Shown piece after piece: positions 1 through 7,815 of a DNA stretch of 64,000 bases. The translations under genes and the position numbers were made by a program. Numbering within the stretch: the first letter of the stretch is position 1; each line of letters starts with the position of its first letter. Source of the stretch: a virus; IMG/VR virus record IMGVR_UViG_3300045988_130116; one strand, given 5' to 3'. Below the pieces are notes generated by a model. The model saw only the letters and a program-made list of their open reading frames with translations, ran no database searches and was not told where the DNA came from.

Positions 1-1
1 A

Positions 2-3000
2 GAAGACGAATTAAATACCAAAGGTTATTTAACTAAACATCAAGACATAAGTGGCAAAGTAGATAAAGTAGAAGGCAAAGGATTATCTACAGTAGATTTT
101 ACTACTGCTTATGAAACTAAACTTAAAGGATTGTCTAATTATAATGATACAATTATTAAAAACGATATACAAACAATTAATACACAATTAGGAGATATTG
201 CGAACACAGGTAAATTGACAGATTTAAATACAACTGAAAAATCTAGCATTGTCGGTGCAATAAATGAGGTTTTTCAAAATGCCAGTAATGGTAAAACTTT
301 AATTGCTCAAGCTATTACTGGCAAAGGTGTATCAACGAGTAATACAGATACATTTCAAACTATGGCAACTAATATAAACAGTATACAGACAGTTTCTGAT
401 GCGAGTGGCATTATATTTACTTTAAATAATAAAAAATACAAGCTATCCAAAAACGATAAAGGAGAATATATTGCCACTTTATTAGCTTATTCCGTAACAA
501 GTAATTTAACTCACTGCACTTTAGATAATACTAATACTTCTATTGATTATGGAAATAAATATACTTGTAATATTTCGGTAAACAAAGGTTTTATTATAGG
601 TTCTGCTATTATTACTATGGGTGGAACAGATGTAACCAGTACTGTTTTAAAAGGTAACATTATTACTATAAATTCTGTTACAGGTGATGTTATTATAACT
701 GTGAATTGTGTTGAAGAACCAGCTAACCCTGTTTATGGAAATATAAAGGCAACTCCTAACTATACTTTTAAAATAAATGAAATTAAAGGAAAACTTGACC
801 CCGATTTACAGGTTAGCTTAGCAACAGCTCCTAACTTAAACCAAACAATTACTATAACAAATAATACTCCCGAATATATTACAATATCTCCTAATACTCT
901 TACTTTTACTCCCGATAATTATTCAGTGGCTCAAAAAGTTAGTATTTCACCTATAAGAAAAAATAATGATTATTTAAATAGACGTGGTGAATTAGTATTA
1001 AGTAGCAAAGGGGTTGCTGATTATACAGCTAAATGTACTATAATTAATACAGATAATTACATCCATACCTCAAATTGTACTTTAAGTGATAAAGTACTTG
1101 ATATACACGCTTATGGATTAAATAGTGTTCCTACAACATTGGAATCAAGTGTTAATAATATTTCCTGTGCAGTTACACCAATTTCCAATGAAGGTGACGA
1201 TAATGTTAGTAAAGCTACAGCTAATGGATTACAATATGTAACTATTGATGTTCCTAGTTTAAAACCATATCTTAATGAGTCTAAAGGTATAACTGCTATT
1301 TATGTTAGTATGGGGTATCCTTTTGTAGATAAGAAGTTAAACTCTTATCTTAATTTGTTAGGTATTAATTCTATTAAAATGAATAATTCATCATATTTAT
1401 TTGGGTATACAAAAAAACCTTCTACAAAAGGGTATGAAGCTGTAGACTCATATTTTTATACTTCATTTAACGAAAAGACTACAAGTGCCGATTTACATTT
1501 TAATGTATTTATGTTTAATCCTTCTGATGCACCTGTCGGAATTACTTATATGATTGATGATACTAATTATACAAGCATAGGAAGTACTGGTTGGTTTGAT
1601 TATGGTAAGGATTTAACTAGCAAAATTAGTTCTTATAAAAATGTATCTAAAGAATCGAACACAACTTTTGTTGCATATCAAGTATATAACGGAATACTTA
1701 GTTTAGATGATATAAATACTATTAAAAATGGGATATTGAAAAATTTAGTTCCTAGTGAGGTTACAAATACAATAGACAACATGACTGTAAACGTTGGCGA
1801 TACTATATTATCTACAGCTACTGTTCTTCCTACTGCATTAGAACCGATGTGTACTAAATCTATAACATTAAAGGATGATAAACTTATAAAAAATAAAAAT
1901 GAGGTAATTGCCAAAGCAGAGGGTCAATCTTCTTTTACTACAACTATTTCTAAACCTCTCGCAGGTGGAAAAACTTATGATTATAATTTTGATACTAATG
2001 TAACTATAGCCCCAAGTTATATAAAGGATTTAACTGTTACCAAAGCAGAAGAAGGTGTAGTTATATCTAATCCTATTAGTGAATTAACTGTAGGGCAAGA
2101 ATATTTATTGATTGGAACAACACTTCCACCTCGTTTTGATGAAGAAAATATTGTTTATTATGAATCATCTAATATAGAAGTTGCTAGAGTTAGATATGGG
2201 CTTGTAGAGGCGTTAAAGGAAGGTTCTTGCACTATAACTGCTTATAATCATGATAAGACATATAGTTACCAAATGCCTCTTACTATAAAACCTAAAAAAG
2301 AACGTATTTTTACAAATATAAAAACTATCAATCCTTCTGATTATTCTTTTAGTGCTACTGATTATGAAGGTAATTATAGATTAATGAAACAAATTATAGA
2401 AGAGGATAGTGCTGGTTATGATAAAGTTGTTTTTCCTAAAGGTTCTGTTTTTAAATTAAAAATGCCTCTAGGTACTACATATAATGAAGATGGTAGTGTT
2501 AATAGTTATCAAGCAGAGAGTAGTATAATTCCTAACAGTAATACGGTTTATGATTTTAATAATTCTCGTATCGAAATGCAATTCTCTGAATATTTATCAT
2601 TGGATTCGGCTTCTAAAGATGGAATAAAAGTTTCTCGTGGATATACATTGTTTAATTTTACAACCAAAGATAATCCGGAATCTTCTATTGGACAATATCA
2701 AACGGTTCTTGAAGACTCCGAAATACGAAATTTAACTATAGTAGGTGAAAGACAATTATTCCCCGAACAATATAATGATAGTGATGGTGGTTGGCAAATA
2801 CGTTATGTGAATTTTGCTACTTGTAAAAGATGTGGTATAGTTAATTGTGACATTGGTTGGTGTACTGGATTTAATATAGGAAGTGTTCATGGGCAACAAT
2901 CATGGTCACCTATTATAAATGGAAGTCATATTGAATGGGGAGCAATAAATTATGAAACTGGTGAAGATGATACTACAACTTATACAGATAGGGTTAGAAT

Positions 3001-3799
3001 TAAAAAGGCTAATATTTGTCAGTTACATAAACGAGTTATAAATAAATATACTAATGACAATAGTTATTCTGTTGGTATATGGGCTGGATATTTAGGTTAT
3101 GATTATATGGGAGCTAGATTTTATGATATATTCTTTTATAAACATGATGAGGCTACTGATACATATGAGTATCTTGGTTGTCATAAATATGAATATTTAT
3201 ATGGTATATATGAATTCCCTAAAGATGCTACTCATTGTAGACTTGTGTTTTATCAAAAACGTCTACCCCCTAGTGGTGGATTAAATTATTTAGGTGGTGG
3301 AATAATGATGATAACACATCTTCCAACAAGTGTTGATTGTTATATTGAGAATTGTTATATACACGATAATTATGCTAGTGGATTTGCTTGTTGTGGTGGA
3401 CAGAGATTCTTAGTTAAAAATTGTAAATTTGAACGTAATTATGGAAGAGATGGATTAGGTTGTCATGTAGATTTTGAAGATGGTAGAGAAGGTGCAAACT
3501 GTTGTATAGTTAGTAACTGTACTTTTGACGATAACTATTACGGATTTATAATGCCTTCGGGATTATACGAGGTATTACATGATAATGAATTTAATGGTTG
3601 TGGTGTAAAAACAACAACTGAAAGTATTTTGATGTTTAATAATATTCATAAAAATACGCATTTTACTAGACAAGAAATAGGCGAGGCTATTGTAGCAAAT
3701 AGTATTTTTAGTAATGTTACTATGAATGAAGTTGCTAGAAGTGATTGGGAAAAGGATTATAAGTGGAAAATGCACATGATTAATAATCATATGATATAA
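2..3799 (+). CDS. tail fibre/tailspike protein, 5' end outside window (Ig-like repeats + C-terminal parallel beta-helix, depolymerase-like)
   Basis: Frame 2 is open from the window edge (EDELNTKGYL..KVDKVEGKGLSTVDFT precedes track start 131). Big_2-like segments (NMTVNVGDTILSTATVLP; ISELTVGQEYLL..SSNIEVARV). Turns NCYIHDNYASG, VKNCKFERNYG, VSNCTFDDNYYG are typical of beta-helix repeats. Confidence 0.8.
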   Translation, partial: EDELNTKGYLTKHQDISGKVDKVEGKGLSTVDFTTAYETKLKGLSNYNDTIIKNDIQTINTQLGDIANTGKLTDLNTTEKSSIVGAINEVFQNASNGKTLIAQAITGKGVSTSNTDTFQTMATNINSIQTVSDASGIIFTLNNKKYKLSKNDKGEYIATLLAYSVTSNLTHCTLDNTNTSIDYGNKYTCNISVNKGFIIGSAIITMGGTDVTSTVLKGNIITINSVTGDVIITVNCVEEPANPVYGNIKATPNYTFKINEIKGKLDPDLQVSLATAPNLNQTITITNNTPEYITISPNTLTFTPDNYSVAQKVSISPIRKNNDYLNRRGELVLSSKGVADYTAKCTIINTDNYIHTSNCTLSDKVLDIHAYGLNSVPTTLESSVNNISCAVTPISNEGDDNVSKATANGLQYVTIDVPSLKPYLNESKGITAIYVSMGYPFVDKKLNSYLNLLGINSIKMNNSSYLFGYTKKPSTKGYEAVDSYFYTSFNEKTTSADLHFNVFMFNPSDAPVGITYMIDDTNYTSIGSTGWFDYGKDLTSKISSYKNVSKESNTTFVAYQVYNGILSLDDINTIKNGILKNLVPSEVTNTIDNMTVNVGDTILSTATVLPTALEPMCTKSITLKDDKLIKNKNEVIAKAEGQSSFTTTISKPLAGGKTYDYNFDTNVTIAPSYIKDLTVTKAEEGVVISNPISELTVGQEYLLIGTTLPPRFDEENIVYYESSNIEVARVRYGLVEALKEGSCTITAYNHDKTYSYQMPLTIKPKKERIFTNIKTINPSDYSFSATDYEGNYRLMKQIIEEDSAGYDKVVFPKGSVFKLKMPLGTTYNEDGSVNSYQAESSIIPNSNTVYDFNNSRIEMQFSEYLSLDSASKDGIKVSRGYTLFNFTTKDNPESSIGQYQTVLEDSEIRNLTIVGERQLFPEQYNDSDGGWQIRYVNFATCKRCGIVNCDIGWCTGFNIGSVHGQQSWSPIINGSHIEWGAINYETGEDDTTTYTDRVRIKKANICQLHKRVINKYTNDNSYSVGIWAGYLGYDYMGARFYDIFFYKHDEATDTYEYLGCHKYEYLYGIYEFPKDATHCRLVFYQKRLPPSGGLNYLGGGIMMITHLPTSVDCYIENCYIHDNYASGFACCGGQRFLVKNCKFERNYGRDGLGCHVDFEDGREGANCCIVSNCTFDDNYYGFIMPSGLYEVLHDNEFNGCGVKTTTESILMFNNIHKNTHFTRQEIGEAIVANSIFSNVTMNEVARSDWEKDYKWKMHMINNHMI

Positions 3800-3905
3800 A
3801 TTCGTAATTTAAAAATATTACGAAATTATTTATCAAACTGAAATTCAAGAGTGGTAACAAACTGCCACTCTTATCATACAAAAAATCAATAAAGGAGTTG
3901 ATTAA

Positions 3906-4085
3906 ATGAATAAACTAATTGAGTTTTTCAATGAAAAATACGGAGACAAATATGGGAAGATTCCTTATCCAAGAACAACAATGCAGATATATAGAGTATA
4001 TCAGTCTATAAAAAGTTATGGGATAAAGGATGAAGAGTTAGTTAAATTGTTACATAATATTAAATTGCTAAACCAAAATCTATAG
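3906..4085 (+). CDS. hypothetical small protein (59 aa) between two fibre genes
   Basis: ATG 3906 lies 8 nt after AAAGGAG. MNKLIEFFNEKYGDKYGKIPYPR.. Just under the track length cut-off. No motif recognised. Confidence 0.5.
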   Translation: MNKLIEFFNEKYGDKYGKIPYPRTTMQIYRVYQSIKSYGIKDEELVKLLHNIKLLNQNL

Positions 4086-4096
4086 AAGAAAAAGAG

Positions 4097-4783
4097 TTGT
4101 ATACAGATTGTTTATACAATAAAGATGATAGTGAGATGGTAATAGATACAAGTAATTTAATTTCTAAAGAAAACCCTGTATTTACTGGTAGTATAAGTTT
4201 AGGAAGAAAAGAAGGAAGTACTATTGGTGAAGGTAGTTATGCAGTTGGAGCATCTGTCACAGCCTCAGGTGCATTTTCACACGCTGAAGGGTTTTTTACA
4301 GATGCATCAGGTTCTGATTCACATGCAGAAGGTTTTGGTGCTAAAGCATTAGGTTCTAAATCTCATGCAGAGGGCTTCAATACAACGGCTTCAGGACAAT
4401 CATCACATGCAGAAGGTGTGTCTACAAGTGCTTCTGGTGATTATTCTCATGTAGAAGGGTGCGGTACTATTGCTTTAGGCGACTACCAACATGTACAGGG
4501 TAAATATAATATAAAAGATACTAAAGGTAAATATGCACATATAGTTGGTAATGGTTCTGATGCAGATACACGTTCCAATGCACATACTTTAGATTGGAAA
4601 GGTAATGCTTGGTATGCAGGTAAGTTATCTCAAGAAGGTACGCCTACTGAAGATAAAGATTTAGTTACTAAAAAATATGTAGATGATAAAACTTCTAGTT
4701 TACCTCAATTTTCATTTAACGAAAATGGTGAATTGGTTGTTACGATAAATGGAGTTAGTAAAACTTTTGTACCTAAAAGTTAA
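4097..4783 (+). CDS. tail fibre-like protein with Hep_Hag/YadA-head-type repeats
   Basis: Five ~14-aa repeats (FSHAEGFFTDASGSDSHAEGFGAKALGSKSHAEGFNTTASGQSSHAEGVSTSASGDYSHVEG). Follows the tailspike gene. Start uncertain (TTG 4097 or ATG 4136). Confidence 0.7.
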   Translation: MYTDCLYNKDDSEMVIDTSNLISKENPVFTGSISLGRKEGSTIGEGSYAVGASVTASGAFSHAEGFFTDASGSDSHAEGFGAKALGSKSHAEGFNTTASGQSSHAEGVSTSASGDYSHVEGCGTIALGDYQHVQGKYNIKDTKGKYAHIVGNGSDADTRSNAHTLDWKGNAWYAGKLSQEGTPTEDKDLVTKKYVDDKTSSLPQFSFNENGELVVTINGVSKTFVPKS

Positions 4784-5009
4784 CAATAAATAAAAGGAGA
4801 TGATTAAATTGGAGATAAAATGAAAGTTAGAGAAGGGGAAGATGGGGGCATTCTTATCCCTATACATCACCTGATTTAGTAACAGAACAAAATGGAAAAT
4901 CAAATACTAAAGAAAATATTAACGGCATAATTTTTAAATATAATAAATATTTTAATATATAAATGCGAATAATATAGATAAGTTATTCTATTTGTATTAT
5001 TTATGGATT

Positions 5010-5045
5010 ACCCTCTAGTCTTATGGCTAGGGGGTTATTTTTATT
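5010..5045 (+). terminator. rho-independent terminator after fibre genes
   Basis: Stem CCCTCTAG / CTAGGGGG (one G-U pair), 8-nt loop, then TTATTTTTATTT. Confidence 0.7.
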
Positions 5046-5048
5046 TAT

Positions 5049-5146
5049 AGTCCATTTTAAGTGGAAAATTTTAAAAAAGTAGTTGTATTTTTGTAATATT
5101 TATCATATAATAATATCAGAAAGAACAAAGAGTCCACTTTAAATGA
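5049..5146. repeat. two direct copies of AGTCCAyTTTAArTG flanking the parM promoter (candidate parC/ParR operator)
   Basis: AGTCCATTTTAAGTGGA at 5049-5065 and AGTCCACTTTAAATGA at 5131-5146 bracket the -35/-10 at 5083-5111. Confidence 0.4.
5083..5111 (+). promoter_or_regulatory. sigma-A-type promoter of the partition operon
   Basis: TTGTAT, 17 nt, TATAAT, 50 nt upstream of the parM ATG. Confidence 0.6.
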
Positions 5147-5160
5147 TATGGAGGGTTAAT

Positions 5161-6081
5161 ATGAATAATGTAAGTATATGTAGTGCCGACATAGGCAATA
5201 TCACAAGTATCTTTATGGGAGATAAGAATAATGACATTTTAATAATTGAAAGTAGAATAGAAAAATATTCTACGATTAAAGAACTTGGAGATAATGAAAT
5301 ATTTGAGACAGATGAAAAATGGATAGTAAATCAAGGAGAATTTAAAAACGAACATTTAAAATTTAAAAAAGACAACTTCTTTAATTTGCTTTACTATGGA
5401 TTGGCTAAAGTAAGTAAAAATAACAGAATTAAACTTGTATTAGGAATCCCAGCAGGACAATATAATGAATACAGCCAAGAATTAAAAGCATTAATAAAAC
5501 AAAATAATATGAAAAAGATAACTCTTGGATCAGGTAAAGATAGAGAAACTAGAACAATTTATATTGAAGATGTGATAATTCGTCCTGAAAGCTATGGAAT
5601 TAAAAATTTAAAGTCCGTAAATAAGGCACAAATAGAAGCAAAAACTCTTATCGTAGATATAGGTGGGGGAACAACAGATATAGCTATATTTAATGAGAAG
5701 AATAAATTTATAGACGGAGAATCTTTAGACATAGGACTATTGGAGTTGTATCATAATGTAAAGAAATATATCTCTATGAAATATTGTAAGATTAGTCTTG
5801 AAGATGCCAAAAAAGTATTTGACGGAGAGATTAAAATGATTAATATACAAGATTATTCTTTTCTTAAAGAGTTCCAAGATGACTTTATGAATAAATTATT
5901 AAATGAATTTAAAGGGAGTTTCCCAAGTGCTATTTCATGTAATTTGATTCTTGCAGGAGGTGGGGGAGAAATAGGTATTGACTACTTTAAGAAAGAATAT
6001 CCTCAAACTATCTTAGTAAATGATATTGGAGTAAATGCAAAAGCCTTTCGTTTAATGGGGTTAAAGAAATGGCAAAAATAA
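5161..6081 (+). CDS. parM: ParM-like actin-fold plasmid segregation ATPase
   Basis: Actin-fold signatures DIGNITSIF (phosphate 1), LIVDIGGGTTDIAIF (phosphate 2), ILAGGGGEIG (adenosine). ATG 5161 lies 5 nt after GGAGGG; track start 5143 has no SD. Confidence 0.85.
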   Translation: MNNVSICSADIGNITSIFMGDKNNDILIIESRIEKYSTIKELGDNEIFETDEKWIVNQGEFKNEHLKFKKDNFFNLLYYGLAKVSKNNRIKLVLGIPAGQYNEYSQELKALIKQNNMKKITLGSGKDRETRTIYIEDVIIRPESYGIKNLKSVNKAQIEAKTLIVDIGGGTTDIAIFNEKNKFIDGESLDIGLLELYHNVKKYISMKYCKISLEDAKKVFDGEIKMINIQDYSFLKEFQDDFMNKLLNEFKGSFPSAISCNLILAGGGGEIGIDYFKKEYPQTILVNDIGVNAKAFRLMGLKKWQK

Positions 6082-6359
6082 AAGAGATTAGAATTAGATT
6101 TTATGAAAATGAAATAACACTATATGACTATATCATTTCTAAAAGAAGTGCATCAGGGTTTCTTAAAGATTTAGCAGAAGTAGAAAGGAAACGAGAACAA
6201 AATTATGTAAACAATAATATAAATATAAATATGTTATTAGAAAAGATAGCAGGATTAAATACTTCTAATAGTATACAAAAATCTTCTCAAATAGAAAATG
6301 AAGTAGAGAATAATTTAGACGATTTTATAGATAATTTTGACGATGAATTTGATGATTGA
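6069..6359 (+). CDS. parR: ParR-like centromere-binding adaptor (by position and architecture)
   Basis: 96 aa, overlaps the parM stop by 13 nt. N-terminal strand/helix pattern (KEIRIRFYENEITLYDYIISK..GFLKDLAEVERKRE) is compatible with ribbon-helix-helix. Acidic tail DDFIDNFDDEFDD. Confidence 0.55.
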   Translation: MAKIKEIRIRFYENEITLYDYIISKRSASGFLKDLAEVERKREQNYVNNNININMLLEKIAGLNTSNSIQKSSQIENEVENNLDDFIDNFDDEFDD

Positions 6360-6384
6360 CAAACTGTTTATAATATTATATAAT
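6356..6384 (+). promoter_or_regulatory. sigma-A promoter, plus-strand member of the dispersed promoter family
   Basis: TTGACAAACTGTTTATAATATTATATAAT followed by ATAAATATAG, as in the minus-strand copies. The -35 overlaps the parR stop codon. Confidence 0.7.
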
Positions 6385-6415
6385 ATAAATATAGTTCGAT
6401 ATTTTTATATATATG

Positions 6416-6475
6416 ACCACCGTAACCCTAATTATAAGCTCAACTTAATAGTCTTATTACGGTGGTTATTTTATT
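6416..6475 (+). promoter_or_regulatory. 5' leader stem-loop plus U-run (attenuator/terminator-like)
   Basis: ACCACCGTAA (6416-6425) pairs with TTACGGTGGT (6457-6466), 31-nt loop, then TATTTTATT. It ends directly before SD AAGGAGG of the 6492 gene. Confidence 0.45.
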
Positions 6476-6491
6476 AAAGGAGGAAATACAA

Positions 6492-6773
6492 ATGGAGGAA
6501 AGAAATCCTTATGAACTCCCTATTGTTCCTCGACAACATCAGATTAAAGTAGAGGAAGCTAGAGAATTAAGGCTTATTGATTTATTTATCGATGAAGGGA
6601 ATCACGAGAAGCAACTAAGTAGAGCAGACCTTATACTTATTTATTCCCTATATGAAGATGGATTAAAGGAATTTTTAGATGATTATTTGGACTATGTAGA
6701 GAGAGAAGTAGACACAAAGGGATATAAAGTTGTTAATAAACCTCACTTCTATCTCAAATCAACAGTAGGATAA
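6492..6773 (+). CDS. hypothetical acidic protein (93 aa)
   Basis: ATG 6492 lies 8 nt after AAGGAGG, in frame with track ORF 6462..6773. No motif recognised. Confidence 0.65.
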   Translation: MEERNPYELPIVPRQHQIKVEEARELRLIDLFIDEGNHEKQLSRADLILIYSLYEDGLKEFLDDYLDYVEREVDTKGYKVVNKPHFYLKSTVG

Positions 6774-6802
6774 TCACTCTTAGTAGGGTGATTATTTTTT
6801 TT
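6772..6802 (+). terminator. rho-independent terminator
   Basis: AATCACTC / GGGTGATT stem (one G-U), 6-nt loop, then a T8 run. Overlaps the stop codon. Confidence 0.7.
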
Positions 6803-6873
6803 ATATATTTTTAATAAAAAGTGTAATATTTTCCATACTTTTTCATATAATGAAGTAAAAGGAGGGAAAAATA

Positions 6874-7053
6874 ATGAAAGGAAATAAAACAGTTATACCT
6901 GTAAGTTTTAAAAATAATATGGAGGATAAATTACTATTCTCTTGGTTAGAAGATAAATTCGAAGAATATGGTAATAAAAGTAATTATATAAAATATATTT
7001 TAAGAAAACAAATGTTATCTGAATCAAATCAATTTACTCAAAAGGTCAAATAG
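6874..7053 (+). CDS. small ribbon-helix-helix-like DNA-binding protein (59 aa)
   Basis: ATG after AAAGGAGGG. KTVIPVSFKNNMEDKLLFSWLEDKFEEYGNKSNYIKYILRKQM fits a strand-helix-helix pattern. Below the track cut-off. Confidence 0.5.
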   Translation: MKGNKTVIPVSFKNNMEDKLLFSWLEDKFEEYGNKSNYIKYILRKQMLSESNQFTQKVK

Positions 7054-7091
7054 CATTGCAAGTCCAAACCAAAATAAAGCTTCATTCATTT

Positions 7092-7120
7092 TTGTCACCT
7101 CGGTTATTCATAATTATATT
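7092..7120 (+). promoter_or_regulatory. possible promoter of the membrane-protein/ATPase operon
   Basis: TTGTCA, 17 nt, TATATT, 32 nt upstream of ATG 7152. Confidence 0.35.
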
Positions 7121-7151
7121 ATTAGTGTTAACTAAAAGGAGGATATTATAC

Positions 7152-7532
7152 ATGAAATCTTATACTTTCAAGGAATATAGACAAATGACAGAGAATAAAT
7201 GTACAGTTGTAGAAAAATGCTTAAATGTTTTAAAGAAAAATAAAAAAGAATATAAAAAGATGGTTATACTAATAGCAATACTAATGCACAAAGGATTATT
7301 TTGTTATGCAGCTACTACGGAAGCAGAAATATCTAATGTAGCAACACAAATTTTAAATCTACTAATGATATTCGCACGATATGGATGTATGTGTATGGGT
7401 ATAAAAAGTATTATAGAAAATGCACTACAGGGAGCAAACTTCCGTCAAGCTACTAACTCAGGTGTTCAATATTTTTTAATCTATATACTTTTAACATTCT
7501 ACCCAAAATTATTCACAATGATTAAATTATAG
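7152..7532 (+). CDS. small membrane protein, VirB2/TrbC-like topology (126 aa)
   Basis: ATG 7152 after AAAGGAGG, in frame with track ORF 7056. One signal-like and two further hydrophobic helices (MVILIAILMHKGLFCYA; ILNLLMIFARYGCMCMGI; YFLIYILLTFYPKLF). Confidence 0.6.
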   Translation: MKSYTFKEYRQMTENKCTVVEKCLNVLKKNKKEYKKMVILIAILMHKGLFCYAATTEAEISNVATQILNLLMIFARYGCMCMGIKSIIENALQGANFRQATNSGVQYFLIYILLTFYPKLFTMIKL

Positions 7533-7542
7533 GAGGGCTATT

Positions 7543-7815
7543 ATGGAAGAGAAAATAGATAAATTAATAGGTGTTATAGATAAATTGACAGATATAGGAG
7601 ATAACCTTTTACACCCAATAGAGTTTTTACAAGAAACTGGTTATAAGTTATTAGTGGCTATACAAGATTATTCGTTTAATATATGTCTAGTCGCAGGATT
7701 TATTGCTCTTATATTATATGTATTCGGTTATGACAAAGGGAAACGTTGGGCGTTTGTTATACCTTGCATATATTTAATTTTAAACATTATAGTAGGAGTC
7801 CTTACAGGTGCTTAA
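7543..7815 (+). CDS. small membrane protein with two C-terminal TM helices (90 aa)
   Basis: Track ORF. Hydrophobic stretches ICLVAGFIALILYVFGY and FVIPCIYLILNIIVGVL. Its stop overlaps the next gene's start. Confidence 0.6.
   Translation: MEEKIDKLIGVIDKLTDIGDNLLHPIEFLQETGYKLLVAIQDYSFNICLVAGFIALILYVFGYDKGKRWAFVIPCIYLILNIIVGVLTGA

Noticed and set aside
3800-3905. Hairpins after the tailspike gene (TTCGTAAT..ATTACGAA and AGAGTGG..CCACTCT) as terminators
   Set aside because: Neither is followed by a convincing U-run and the next gene follows with its own SD. I left them unannotated.
7543-7815. A 90-aa two-TM protein after the fibre genes as a holin
   Set aside because: No endolysin is adjacent. 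It is translationally coupled to the large ATPase and separated from the fibre genes by the partition cassette and terminators.
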